64,000 bases of DNA from Lysobacterales bacterium (GTDB taxonomy: Bacteria; Pseudomonadota; Gammaproteobacteria; Xanthomonadales; SZUA-5), in NCBI GenBank assembly GCA_022844135.1, contig JALHMG010000005.1:91691-155690 (forward strand). The letters are read 5' to 3'. The translations under genes and the position numbers were made by a program. The notes under the pieces are model-generated. The model searched no databases and was not told the origin of the DNA. It saw only the letters and a list, made by a program, of their open reading frames with translations. Of this stretch, positions 15,605 through 25,263 are shown in pieces; the stretch's first letter is position 1; each line of letters starts with the position of its first letter.

Positions 15605-17524
15605 TCAGTGCAGTGCCTTCTCCTTTGGCGCCGGCACGCTAACCCTTACGCGCGTCCCGCTTGCATCGCTATCGACCGTACACGTGCCGCCGCTCGCTGC
15701 GGCGCGTTGTTGCATATTGCGCAATCCATGTCCGGCTGGACGACTGGCATCGATGCCCGAACCATTGTCGCTCAGAACGAACTCGAAACGGCCCTGATCT
15801 TCGGCGTAGCTGGCGATCAGGTCCAGGCGAGTCGCTTTGCCGTGCGCAAGCGCGTTGGTGACCGCCTCTTGCAGCACGCGCAAAACGTTCAACAGCTGTC
15901 GCGGCGCGAGGGTGCCCGATGCGTTGGCGGTGTGATCGGCGACGTTCAGCGACACGCCCGTACCCGCCAGTTGCTGCCGCAATCGGCGTTCGAACGCCAC
16001 CAGGGTCATCGATACCCCATCTTCGGCGCTATCGAGCGAGTCGACGATCAAGCGCAAATCGTTGAGGCTATTGCTGATGCCAACACTCAGCGCCGCCTGA
16101 TCGATCGATCCGGACTCAGCCCTCAGCTTCAAACTCATCAGCTCGCCGCCGATGCCATCGTGCATATCGCGCACCAGGCGCTGGCGCTCTTCCAGCACCG
16201 CCGCCTGGCGCTGGATCGCCTCGCGCTGTCGAAAACTATCGGCCAACTCCGCCTCGCGCGCCGCCAAAGCCTGTGCCAGCCGCTGATTGGCCTGATCCAC
16301 CACCTCCCGCGCGCGCGCCGCTTCGCGGGCCAGCGCCAGCAACATCGACAGTCCCAAGAATGTGCCGAGTATCGGTCCCCAGGTCAGCGTCATCGGCAGA
16401 GTTGCGTCGAAGGGCGAATGCAGATCGACCAGCGAACCGATGCGGTCCAGGGAGATAGCGCCGAAGGACAGCGCCAGCACGCTGCGCTCGAAGCGCCGGG
16501 CCGACTGCGACTGGACCACAGCGCGCGCCAGCAGAAAGGTGGAGACCAGCGGCGCGATCGCCGCAAATCCGTACGGCACTTCCACCAGCATGGTAACAAC
16601 ACGATCGACATCGAGCGGCGCCACCGCAAACACAACCGCATGCGCCGCGAAGATCGCCACCCAAACCCAACGCATACGTATCGGCAACGCGATCGCACTA
16701 TCGTGTGCAGCGAAGGCGAATACCGCCAGCCCGATCGCCAGGTTCAGCCCACTCCAGACGTACACGAACTGCGAAAACGTCATCTCGAAGGGCGGCCTGA
16801 AACTCATGAAATAGGTAACGGCGGCATTCAACGCGATGATCAGCATCAGCGCGCGGATGCGCGGCCGTTCCGCCACCGGCCAGTTGATCAACGCCATCAG
16901 CAGCAGTACAAACATCTGCACGCCGATGCTGATCAAACCAAGGTCGATGACGAAAAAGCTCCGCCAGCGATAAGCGTCTATCAACTCGTCCGCGAGGCCC
17001 ACAGCGAACGGACTCAGCGCCGTGTCGACACCGTACAGAGATTTATGAATCTCGAGTCGATTGGTTCCGACGATCAGGCTATCGATCGGCATCGGGTAAA
17101 ACGCCGGTTCGCTGGTCAGCATGCCTTCGAACCTTGGAATGCTCTTGGCGGAACGGATGACCGTGCCGTTGACGCGGATTTCCTGCGTCTGCTCCTGCAA
17201 GCTGAAGTACAGCCCGAGCGCCCGATCATCATCCGCTGCGCGTTCGAAAGGAACCTCGAACACGATACGCTCGGCACCTTCGACGACGTCGACCACATAG
17301 CCTTCGAGACCGACACGCCGCACCGACCCGCCTGCGATCTCGTTGCCTTTTGCATCGAACAGGCGATACGCAACGGAGTCGCGCTGATCCATACCGTCCG
17401 GCAGCGCGATGCGCTCAGCGATGTGCACCGCCGGCAGGAACATCGCCAGCCAAAAGAGCCACCACATTGCCGCGCGCATCCAGCTTCCCATGGACCGTTG
17501 TTGTGCCGATGTCGACATCATCAT
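15605..17524 (-). CDS. multi-TM sensor histidine kinase (HisKA_3/NarX-type)
   Basis: Periplasmic N-domain, about 7 TM helices, H-box RDMHDGIGGEL and HATPase_c (DNGSGI, GHGLRNM). Confidence 0.85.
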   Translation of the reverse strand: MMMSTSAQQRSMGSWMRAAMWWLFWLAMFLPAVHIAERIALPDGMDQRDSVAYRLFDAKGNEIAGGSVRRVGLEGYVVDVVEGAERIVFEVPFERAADDDRALGLYFSLQEQTQEIRVNGTVIRSAKSIPRFEGMLTSEPAFYPMPIDSLIVGTNRLEIHKSLYGVDTALSPFAVGLADELIDAYRWRSFFVIDLGLISIGVQMFVLLLMALINWPVAERPRIRALMLIIALNAAVTYFMSFRPPFEMTFSQFVYVWSGLNLAIGLAVFAFAAHDSAIALPIRMRWVWVAIFAAHAVVFAVAPLDVDRVVTMLVEVPYGFAAIAPLVSTFLLARAVVQSQSARRFERSVLALSFGAISLDRIGSLVDLHSPFDATLPMTLTWGPILGTFLGLSMLLALAREAARAREVVDQANQRLAQALAAREAELADSFRQREAIQRQAAVLEERQRLVRDMHDGIGGELMSLKLRAESGSIDQAALSVGISNSLNDLRLIVDSLDSAEDGVSMTLVAFERRLRQQLAGTGVSLNVADHTANASGTLAPRQLLNVLRVLQEAVTNALAHGKATRLDLIASYAEDQGRFEFVLSDNGSGIDASRPAGHGLRNMQQRAAASGGTCTVDSDASGTRVRVSVPAPKEKALH

Positions 17525-17615
17525 GTCCCAACAATATGGGATAGCGCCTCACATGGGTGTGGGATGCTGGCGATTGTTATCGTCGCAATAGTTGCCGAAC
17601 TCATCGGACCGTCGC

Positions 17616-18254
17616 ATGACCAAGACTGTCGCCATCGTCGAAGACAATCTCGCGGTCTGCGAGTCCGTGCAGCGCAGCCTCGCGAGCAGCAGCGACTTTA
17701 CGCTCGCATGGATGGCGCACGATCTCAAGCAAGCGCGCGCAGCGATGACGCGGCCCACCGATATTCTGCTGCTGGATCTCGGTCTGCCCGACGGCCGCGG
17801 AACCGATCTCATCAAACCGCTGGGTCGTTTACGCCCGGTAGTGGTGGTGTTCACGCTATTCGGCGATGAAACCAGCGTCATCGACGCCATCGAAGCCGGC
17901 GTCGACGGCTACGTACTCAAAGGCGCCGACACTGCCGAGTTGCTCGATGCCTTGCGCGCGGCCGCCGCGGGCGACTCGCCGATCTCACCCGCTGTCGCCG
18001 GATTTCTGTTGCGCCGCCTGCGGCAACGCGAACGCCAGAACAAGGGCAACCCGATGAACGAACTGACCCCGCGCGAACGCGACGTACTGGAAACCCTCGC
18101 CCGCGGCCACTCCTACCGCGAAGCCGCCAACATTCTCGGCATGCAAACCAACACCCTCGCCCACCACGTCAAGAACCTCTACCCCAAACTCGCGGCCACC
18201 TCGCGCTCGGAGGCGGTGTTCAATGCGGTACAGCAGGGTCTGATAAAGCTTTGA
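17616..18254 (+). CDS. NarL/LuxR-family response regulator
   Basis: REC domain (ILLLDLGLPDG, VVVFT, GYVLKG) plus LuxR HTH (LTPRERDVLETLARGHSYREAANILGMQTNTLAHHVKNLY). Divergent from the kinase. ATG 17616 preferred over TTG 17592. Confidence 0.85.
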   Translation: MTKTVAIVEDNLAVCESVQRSLASSSDFTLAWMAHDLKQARAAMTRPTDILLLDLGLPDGRGTDLIKPLGRLRPVVVVFTLFGDETSVIDAIEAGVDGYVLKGADTAELLDALRAAAAGDSPISPAVAGFLLRRLRQRERQNKGNPMNELTPRERDVLETLARGHSYREAANILGMQTNTLAHHVKNLYPKLAATSRSEAVFNAVQQGLIKL

Positions 18255-18360
18255 GGCCCTTGCTCGTTTGGCCTTGATGGACCCGACGCACTGCGTTGAT
18301 TGAAACCCGCACGACAACTTCCGGCTAGTCTTGCGTCTCTCGATCCTTGAGGTGGCAGCA

Positions 18361-19179
18361 ATGCGCCCACGCCCGATTTTTTATGTGTCCGACGGGACCG
18401 GCATCACCGCCGAGACGATTGGCCATAGCGTACTCACGCAATTCGATGGCGTGCCGTTCGTAACGCGGCGGCTGGCCTTTGTGGATAACGCCCAGAAGGC
18501 GGTCACGGCGGCGGAGGAAATTCGCCACGCGGGCGATGAATCGGGCGTGCGCCCGGTGGTGATCAACACCGTGGTCGACGGCCATCTCTCGCAGCTGATC
18601 GCAGAGAGTGGCGCGCTGATGCTGGATGTGTTCGCACCCTTCATTCCGCCACTGGAGCAGGAACTGGGCATGCCGCGCACGCCCAAAGTGGGCAAAGCGC
18701 ATGGCGGAGCGGATACCGCAGAGTACGAGGCGCGCATGAACGCGACCAACTACGCGCTGACACACGACGATGGCGTGCAGGCGAACTTTTCCGATGCCGA
18801 AGTGGTGCTGATGGGCGTGTCGCGCTCGGGGAAAACGCCAACCTGCCTATACATGGCGCTGCATTATGGCGTGCGCGCCGCGAACTATCCGCTGCTGCCT
18901 GAAGATCTCGAAGCCGGCGAGCTACCCGCCAAACTGCGCAGCCAGCGGGCCAAGATTTACGGGCTGACGATCGACCCCCGACGCCTGCATCAAATCCGCG
19001 AGCAACGCCGCGCCGGTTCGCGCTATGCGTCGATGGAACAATGCCGCTGGGAAGTCGAGGAGGCGGAACGCTTGTTCAAACGCGAAAACATACCGGTGAT
19101 GCACTCCACGCACATGTCGATCGAAGAGATCGCCAGCAAGGTCATGCAATCGCTGGGGCTCAATCGGCAGTTGTATTGA
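18361..19179 (+). CDS. ppsR: PEP synthetase regulatory kinase/pyrophosphorylase (DUF299)
   Basis: [12 protein letters not shown] and P-loop-like GVSRSGKTP. 272 aa, colinear with E. coli PpsR/YdiA. Confidence 0.9.
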   Translation: MRPRPIFYVSDGTGITAETIGHSVLTQFDGVPFVTRRLAFVDNAQKAVTAAEEIRHAGDESGVRPVVINTVVDGHLSQLIAESGALMLDVFAPFIPPLEQELGMPRTPKVGKAHGGADTAEYEARMNATNYALTHDDGVQANFSDAEVVLMGVSRSGKTPTCLYMALHYGVRAANYPLLPEDLEAGELPAKLRSQRAKIYGLTIDPRRLHQIREQRRAGSRYASMEQCRWEVEEAERLFKRENIPVMHSTHMSIEEIASKVMQSLGLNRQLY

Positions 19180-19348
19180 GCCGCGCCTTACGAAAGCGCC
19201 GGTGTGTCCCTTATCGATATCGCTTCCAGGTCCGCATGCGTCAGAGTGCAATCCGCAACGTGCGGACCATAGGTCCGCGCACCAAAAGCGAGCGAGCAAC
19301 AGGCACTGCTCCGAACCAGCAGCAGTGCCCTTGGTCAAACCTCAATCG

Positions 19349-20146
19349 TCACGGCGCTGCGCTGCGCGCGACCAGCGCCTGCCCAGGCACGTTGTCGTGC
19401 TCGCGGATGAGCTTCAGCGCGAGACGGCCATTACCGAGGTTCACCAGCGGCGCCTGCGGGGCGCCGTTCGCTTCGGCGTCGCCCGCGATGTTCTCAGCGA
19501 TGACAACGTCGCGGATGTCGGCGGTGCCGTAGTTAAGCACCGTGGAAGCGAGCGCAACACCCTCGTAGCGCCGCGAAAGATGGTTGCCCTGGAACGTGGT
19601 GGAGGACATCGTCAACGTTCCCCAGTTGATGATGGTGCCGGCATCGCGCGAGGCCCCTGCCACGGTGTTGAAGCTCACTTCGCAGTGCTCGAAGCGCATT
19701 TCGCCGTAGTTCTCAACGATCGCAGAAGCGCCGCGGGCGGTGGAATCGACGAGCGCCACTCGACGCAATTCGGTAGTGCCGTGATTGCGAATCACGCCAA
19801 TCGAACCTTCCGCCAAGATCACGCCCTCCAGGCGCAGATGCGCGCCCTCGGCGACATGGAACAAACGAAAGTCGTCGGTCGCGTAGCGGCGCAATTCAGA
19901 ACCGTTGCCGCGAATGACGATGGCCGACTTGATCTCCGGCAGCGCCGCGCGGCGATCTTCGGCATGCGCCTTCTTCAGCACGTACAGACCGCGCTCCAGC
20001 GTGATGATGTCGGCCTGCGGCGAACTGTTTGCGGCATCGATCGCCGCCACCAGTTCGGCCGAATTGGTGACCGGGAACACGGTCAGCGCTGCTGCCGGCG
20101 CGGTCGAGCATGCGAGCGCCAAAGCCAACAAAGTCTTCGAACGCAT
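19349..20146 (-). CDS. secreted protein of unknown function, possible parallel beta-helix
   Basis: Signal peptide MRSKTLLALALACSTAPAAA. Repetitive G/N/T-rich strands. AGGGGAAAG RBS before ATG 20146. Confidence 0.55.
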   Translation of the reverse strand: MRSKTLLALALACSTAPAAALTVFPVTNSAELVAAIDAANSSPQADIITLERGLYVLKKAHAEDRRAALPEIKSAIVIRGNGSELRRYATDDFRLFHVAEGAHLRLEGVILAEGSIGVIRNHGTTELRRVALVDSTARGASAIVENYGEMRFEHCEVSFNTVAGASRDAGTIINWGTLTMSSTTFQGNHLSRRYEGVALASTVLNYGTADIRDVVIAENIAGDAEANGAPQAPLVNLGNGRLALKLIREHDNVPGQALVARSAAP

Positions 20147-20350
20147 AACTTTCCCCTGATCGCGGCGCTGCTGCGCCAATGAACGGATCATGAAGCGTTG
20201 CCAATAGAGCGAAAAATCTACGCCATTCGCCGCCGTATGTTGTGCTCTGTTCAGCATTTTTGCAGGGAAACCCACTTAGCGGCATTCACGCGAGAGAGTT
20301 CACTGACCGTTGCGTCGCGATCCGGCAGACAGGCTGGCCCGCCCGAAGAC

Positions 20351-20449
20351 TCTGCCTGGCGCAACCTCAAATACATGCGCGCCTTTGCCGAGGCCTGGCC
20401 GGATGCCGGATTTGTGCAGCACGCTGCCGCACAATTGCAGTGGTTCCAC
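20351..20449 (+). pseudogene. fragment of a DUF1016/YhcG-type PDDEXK nuclease gene
   Basis: SAWRNLKYMRAFAEAWPDAGFVQHAAAQLQWFH matches the conserved N-terminal block of YhcG-family proteins. Only about 33 codons are present, with no start and no nuclease core. Confidence 0.6.
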
Positions 20450-20463
20450 CGCCCGGACCCGCG

Positions 20464-20637
20464 CTGTCGACCGTCGAACGCGCGGAAGAGAAGAAGGTGG
20501 CGCGTGAGCTACTGACGCGGCTGAAGTTGCATCTGGTGTTGAACTGGCGGCAAAAGTCGACCGCACGTTCGCATTTGAAGCTGGCGATCGAGGACGCAAT
20601 CGACAGCGGCTTGCCGCGGGCCTATGCGCCGGAGATT
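20464..20637 (+). pseudogene. C-terminal fragment of a type I restriction enzyme R subunit (hsdR)
   Basis: LSTVERAEEKKVARELLTRLKLHLVLNWRQKSTARSHLKLAIEDAIDSGLPRAYAPEI matches the HsdR C-terminal (DUF3387-like) tail. It is in a different frame from the adjacent DUF1016 fragment, and no helicase part is present. Confidence 0.6.
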
Positions 20638-20715
20638 GCGCCCAATGTTGACCCTTTGTTGGACCCCAAAACAAGAAAGGCCACCCTTGCGGATGGCCTG
20701 ACTTGTTGTGTTACA

Positions 20716-20791
20716 TGGCGTCCCCACGGGGATTCGAACCCCGGTTACTGCCGTGAAAGGGCGGTGTCCTAGGCCTCTAGACGATGGGGAC
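20716..20791 (-). tRNA. tRNA-Glu (UUC)
   Basis: Reverse complement reads GTCCCCATCGTCTAGAGGCCTAGGACACCGCCCTTTCACGGCAGTAACCGGGGTTCGAATCCCCGTGGGGACGCCA. Cloverleaf folds, with CCA encoded. Confidence 0.95.
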
Positions 20792-20797
20792 TTAACT

Positions 20798-20873
<76 letters not shown>

Positions 20874-20889
20874 TCTCACGGAGCCGCGT

Positions 20890-20919
20890 AGCCTACGGAT
20901 TGAGCTGGAGCCAAGTCAA
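20890..20919 (-). promoter_or_regulatory. candidate sigma70 promoter of the tRNA-Ala/Glu pair
   Basis: Minus strand reads TTGACT (20919-20914), 18 nt, TAGGCT (20895-20890), about 16 nt before the tRNA-Ala 5' end. Confidence 0.4.
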
Positions 20920-21169
20920 GTGTTGATTTTGCAGCGACAACATCCTGAGTTCAGTTTTCGCGGCCCCGAAGGAATGCGAAGCCTGCTCGGTGTTGCGTGA
21001 GTTGCTTTCGGTAGCGATTCGTCTGGCGGGAAAAGCGACCGAACTAAGCTCGGCGTTTCAGCGCTGGCAGGCACGTACCGGCCTGGTCTGCGCAGCGACT
21101 GCTCTTGAAACCACCGCGGTTGCTCGCATGTCGATGGTTAGTTGATGCAAGCACCCGAGGATCGTGCAC

Positions 21170-21373
21170 ATGAGCGGACAAGGCAGCGGCGGCAACGTTA
21201 TCGCGGCACTGGCAAGCTTCTTCATCCCAGGTCTGGGTCAGCTGCTGCAAGGGCGCTTATTGATGGCGATCACGCACTTCGTTCTGGCAGCAGTGTTGTG
21301 GCTGATTCTGCTCGGGTGGGCGATCCATCTGTGGTCGATTCTGGATGCGGCGCTATTCAAGCCGCGAGGTTGA
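21170..21373 (+). CDS. small two-TM membrane protein (PGLGQ motif)
   Basis: 67 aa. FIPGLGQLLQGR followed by a second helix and WSILDA. GAGGA RBS 10 nt before ATG 21170. Confidence 0.5.
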   Translation: MSGQGSGGNVIAALASFFIPGLGQLLQGRLLMAITHFVLAAVLWLILLGWAIHLWSILDAALFKPRG

Positions 21374-23407
21374 CGCGAGCAATTGTTTCGCGGCACCGAT
21401 GGCGTCATGCGTGCCGGCGAGCACCATAACGTCGCCTGCGCGGAGCACTTCCTTGCCATCCGGCGTCAGTACCGATTGCTCGCCGCGGCGAATCGCCAGC
21501 ACGCTGGCACCGGTTTGCGCACGCAGGTTCAGATCTGCCAGCGATCGATCGATCCACGCGCTGGTGGCGAGCAGCGGATAGGCTTGAAGCTGACCCAGGC
21601 CCGGCAACAGCTGTTCCATATCATCCATCGATTCGCCGTGGACCTTGCCGGATACCACAACCGCCTCGGCCAGCGCTTGCGCGCCGGCGCGAACGTGGCC
21701 CTGCAATTGCGTGGCGCTGCGCCAAAAAAAGAACGCCGCAACACCGAGGATGACCGGCAATGGTACTGCGCCCTTGATGCCGGGAACAAATGGTTGGGCG
21801 ATCGCGAAACAAGGCAACAGGACGATCGCCGTGATGCCCAGCTGGAGCGCCACGACAAAAGTGCGCCTGGGCGCTTGCGCAAAATCGACGCCACCTTCTG
21901 GGGCGGGCGGCAACGCGGAGATTGCCAGTTCATGGCCGAGTGCGCGGATGAGCCGGAACAGACCCAGTGCCAGGGGCGCTGCGAGCACAACAAATCCGAC
22001 GACAACCAGCCAGCGCATGATATCGGCGGCTTCGGGCAAGCGCTTCTTCAAAAACGCGGCCAGCTCATCGCCGCCAATAACGCCGGTAATCAGAATGGCC
22101 ACCAGCAGCAGCGCATCGACCACAATCAGACGCACCAGGCGCTTGGCCTTGGCGCGCACCTGCGAGGTGCCCTGAGCTCGGCCCAACTGCTCCACCCAGG
22201 TGCCGTAGAGGCTGGCGAAGGTTTGCAATGGCCGCGGCAGCCTTGCTTCGATCCACTCGCCCAGGCGCGCCGAGCGGCTGACGGCGATGGGCGTCAGCAG
22301 AATCGTGACGCATGAAACACCCACGGCGATCGGAAACAGCCGTGGATCGACAGCCTTAAGGCTCACGCCCAGACCAATGATGATGAAGCTGAACTCGCCG
22401 ATCTGGCCCATCGCGGCGCCGGCTTGCGTGGCCTGACGAACCGAGCTGCCGACCGCAAAGAATCCTAAGGTAATGCCAACGAATTTGCCGAGCACAACTA
22501 CTGCGCTGAACAGCGCAATGAGCTGCCACTCGGCCAGAAGTTGCAAGGGGTCGATCGATAATCCAACCGACACGAAAAAGATCGCCGTGAAGATGTCGCG
22601 CAAGGGCCGAATCTGCACACCGATGCGATGACCCTCGCCCGATTCGGCCACAAGGCACCCGGCCAGGAACGCGCCAAGCGCCACTGAATACTCGTAGCGC
22701 TGCGCCGCCAGGGCCGCAGCGAAACACACGCCCACGGCAGTCACCAACGTCGTCTCCGGGCGATTGAGCGCAACCACGCTGCGGATCAAGCGCGGCACGA
22801 CGAGCATGCCAACGATCATCAGCACCATCAGAAAAATTCCCAGGCGCCCGGCGGCGCTCGCCAGCGCGCCGATGTCGAAACTTTGCGTCATCGCCAACGT
22901 GGTCAGCACTGCGATCAGCAAGATTGCGATCACGTCCTCGATCACCAACGCGCCGAACACGCCCTCTCGCAGGCGCTGCGGCACACGCTGCTCATCGAAG
23001 GTGCGGGCGATAATGGTGGTCGATGAAATCGACACCATCGCCGCGATGAACGCACATTCGACCGGCGTGAAACCGAGCAGCCGCGCGATCAGGTACCCGA
23101 GGAACAGCATCAAGCCCATCTCGATGAGCGCAATGGCGCCGCTTTTGGGCCCCACTTCGATAAGCTTGCGGACGCTGAGCTCCATGCCGATGGAGAACAT
23201 CAGCAAAATGATTCCCATCTCCGACAGCGTGGTGATGGTGTCCTTGTCGGCAACCAGCAGCGGCGGCGCGTGCGGACCGATCAGTACGCCAGCGGCGAGA
23301 TAGCCCATCACCACCGGCAGCTTCAATCGCTGGCACGCCACTGTCGTTGCCGCGGCCACGCACAAGACGATGGCGAAGCTTTCGAGAAAGGCGGAACTAC
23401 CGTGCAT
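21353..23407 (-). CDS. CPA2-family cation:proton antiporter (Kef-type) with C-terminal RCK/TrkA-C domain
   Basis: About 12 TM helices with a typical Na_H_Exchanger N-terminus (LPVVMGYLAAGVLIGPH). C-terminal SLADLNLRAQTGASVLAIRRGE...GDVMVLAG is a TrkA-C fold. Confidence 0.85.
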   Translation of the reverse strand: MHGSSAFLESFAIVLCVAAATTVACQRLKLPVVMGYLAAGVLIGPHAPPLLVADKDTITTLSEMGIILLMFSIGMELSVRKLIEVGPKSGAIALIEMGLMLFLGYLIARLLGFTPVECAFIAAMVSISSTTIIARTFDEQRVPQRLREGVFGALVIEDVIAILLIAVLTTLAMTQSFDIGALASAAGRLGIFLMVLMIVGMLVVPRLIRSVVALNRPETTLVTAVGVCFAAALAAQRYEYSVALGAFLAGCLVAESGEGHRIGVQIRPLRDIFTAIFFVSVGLSIDPLQLLAEWQLIALFSAVVVLGKFVGITLGFFAVGSSVRQATQAGAAMGQIGEFSFIIIGLGVSLKAVDPRLFPIAVGVSCVTILLTPIAVSRSARLGEWIEARLPRPLQTFASLYGTWVEQLGRAQGTSQVRAKAKRLVRLIVVDALLLVAILITGVIGGDELAAFLKKRLPEAADIMRWLVVVGFVVLAAPLALGLFRLIRALGHELAISALPPAPEGGVDFAQAPRRTFVVALQLGITAIVLLPCFAIAQPFVPGIKGAVPLPVILGVAAFFFWRSATQLQGHVRAGAQALAEAVVVSGKVHGESMDDMEQLLPGLGQLQAYPLLATSAWIDRSLADLNLRAQTGASVLAIRRGEQSVLTPDGKEVLRAGDVMVLAGTHDAIGAAKQLLASTSRLE

Positions 23408-23436
23408 GCGTGTTGCGCCAGGCAAGAGTGCGGTAT

Positions 23437-23457
23437 GGGGCACGGAGCACGGGAGCA
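23437..23457. repeat. degenerate GGGGCAC heptamers (left arm)
   Basis: ggggcac ggagcac gggagca. Confidence 0.7.
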
Positions 23458-23527
23458 GCGATTCTCATGCTTGCTCGCGGCTTGCACGTCACGAGGTCGA
23501 GTTCCCGAGATTCCTGAATGGTCTTTT

Positions 23528-23941
23528 TCACGCGCCGTGTGCCCCGTGCGCGCCCCGCGTCTGCACTCCAAATCGCACCGGCACCCACCAGAACGATAGC
23601 GCCACCAACGCCGCGAACGCGGTGTAGACAACGGCAAGAACACTCAGCGGCACGTCGACATAAATCAGCGCGCGCAGCCAGTAGGCGATGAACGATTCGC
23701 CGGGGCCTGAAGCGCCGCGCAGATCGTTCTCCCAGATCGTCAGCGGGCACAGTTCCCCGAGCCAGGTCTGCGCGACGATGAAACCGATCAGACCCAGATG
23801 CAAAAATCGAAATCCAGGACGGCGCACCCAGGACCAGCCGCGCCATCCGCCGATCAGCGTCAGCGGCAGAGAAAAAACCACGAAAGCCACAATCAGCGCA
23901 TGCGCAAACAGTATGGTGTCGGCGAGCGCAGTCGCGGTCAT
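23528..23941 (-). CDS. DUF2784-family membrane protein
   Basis: Four helices and the conserved ELCPLT(I)WE motif. The ATG overlaps the pepP stop (ATGA). The last 8-10 codons lie in the heptamer repeat, so the true C-terminus is uncertain. Confidence 0.65.
   Translation of the reverse strand: MTATALADTILFAHALIVAFVVFSLPLTLIGGWRGWSWVRRPGFRFLHLGLIGFIVAQTWLGELCPLTIWENDLRGASGPGESFIAYWLRALIYVDVPLSVLAVVYTAFAALVALSFWWVPVRFGVQTRGAHGAHGA
23538..23559. repeat. degenerate GTGCCCC heptamers (right arm, inverted)
   Basis: tgtgccccgtgcgcgccccgcg. On the minus strand it encodes the GAHGAHGA tail of the DUF2784 ORF. Confidence 0.7.
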
Positions 23942-25263
23942 GCAGCTTTCCTCAACCCAGCCATTTGCGCCTCGATATCGGCGACAGTCTTGGGCACTTT
24001 GCTGGTAAGAACCTGCGGCGCGGCAGTGGTCACCAGGACATCGTCTTCGATGCGGACGCCGATGCCACGCCACGCCGCCGGCACATCCTTGCGATCGGCC
24101 TCAATGTAGATCCCGGGCTCCACCGTCATCACCATGCCGGGTTCGAGCATGCGCGGCTCGCCATCGATGCGGTAGTCGCCCACATCGTGTACATCGAGGC
24201 CCAGCCAATGCCCGGTCTTGTGCATGAAAAACGATTTGTACTTCTCGTCCTTCAGGTTCTTCGCGAGCGAACCTTTGAGCAGGCCGAGCTTGATCAAACC
24301 TTGGGTAATGGTGCGCACCGCCGCATCGTGCGGATCGTTCCAATGCTTGCCGGGACGCGCCTCATCGATTGCCGCCAGTTGCGCGGCGAGCACGATCTCG
24401 TAGATCGCGCGTTGCTCGGGCGAGAACTTGCCATTGATGGGTATGGTGCGCGTGATATCGCTCGCATAGCAGCCAAACTCTGCACCCGCATCGACGAGCA
24501 ACAGATCGCCATCCTTGAGCGCCGCTTTGTTCGCGCGGTAATGCAAGATGCAGGCATTCGCGCCGGCCGCCACGATCGGCTCGTAGGACGGCACAGCAAG
24601 CTGCCGACGAAATGTGTGCAACACCTCTGCCTCGATCTCGAACTCGGTCAGCCCCGGACGGCACACCTGCATGATCCGCAGATGCGCATCGCCAGCGATA
24701 TCGGCGGCGCGCTGCATCGCTTTGAGTTCGCTCTTGCTCTTGAACAGTCGCAGCTCATGCAGCAAGTAACCGAGCGCAATGATCTCGTGCGGCGCACGCG
24801 CACCGCGGCGCACTTCGGCACGCACGCGGTTAACCCAGTTCAGCACCTTCAAATCGAAATCGGCATCGCGCCCGAAGTGGTAGTAGATGCGTTCGCGGCC
24901 TTCGATAAGGCCGGGCAGGATGTCGTCGATGTCTTCGATGGGAAAGGCGTCGTCGACCAAAAGCGACTCGGGCGCTTGCTCGGGCCCGAGTCTTGGGCCA
25001 TCCCACTGTTCGCGCGCGCGGTCGCGCTCGCGGCAGAACAGAATCGTCTCCGCCACCTCGCGGCCGGGCACCAGCACCAGCACCGCCTGCGGCTCGTCGA
25101 ACCCGGTGAGATAAAAGAAATCGCTGTCCTGCCGATACGGATAGTGTGCGTCGTTGTTGCGGATGCGCTCGGGTGCGCTGGGCACAATCAGAATCGCGCC
25201 CCGCCCGGCCAGATCCATCAATTGTTTGCGGCGACGCCGGAACTCGCTGGGCTTGGCGCTCAT
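23938..25263 (-). CDS. pepP: Xaa-Pro aminopeptidase
   Basis: N-terminal YRQDSDFFYLTGF plus M24 metal ligands (DAGAEFGCYASDITRT, HKTGHWLGLDVHD, VEPGIY, IRIEDDV). Confidence 0.9.
   Translation of the reverse strand: MSAKPSEFRRRRKQLMDLAGRGAILIVPSAPERIRNNDAHYPYRQDSDFFYLTGFDEPQAVLVLVPGREVAETILFCRERDRAREQWDGPRLGPEQAPESLLVDDAFPIEDIDDILPGLIEGRERIYYHFGRDADFDLKVLNWVNRVRAEVRRGARAPHEIIALGYLLHELRLFKSKSELKAMQRAADIAGDAHLRIMQVCRPGLTEFEIEAEVLHTFRRQLAVPSYEPIVAAGANACILHYRANKAALKDGDLLLVDAGAEFGCYASDITRTIPINGKFSPEQRAIYEIVLAAQLAAIDEARPGKHWNDPHDAAVRTITQGLIKLGLLKGSLAKNLKDEKYKSFFMHKTGHWLGLDVHDVGDYRIDGEPRMLEPGMVMTVEPGIYIEADRKDVPAAWRGIGVRIEDDVLVTTAAPQVLTSKVPKTVADIEAQMAGLRKAA

Noticed and set aside
19229-19329. Hairpins between the convergent ppsR and secreted-protein genes (ggtccgca...tgcggacc and ggcactgct...agcagtgcc)
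   Set aside because: They are plausible transcript-end structures but lack U-tracts on either strand. I did not list them as terminators because support is weak.
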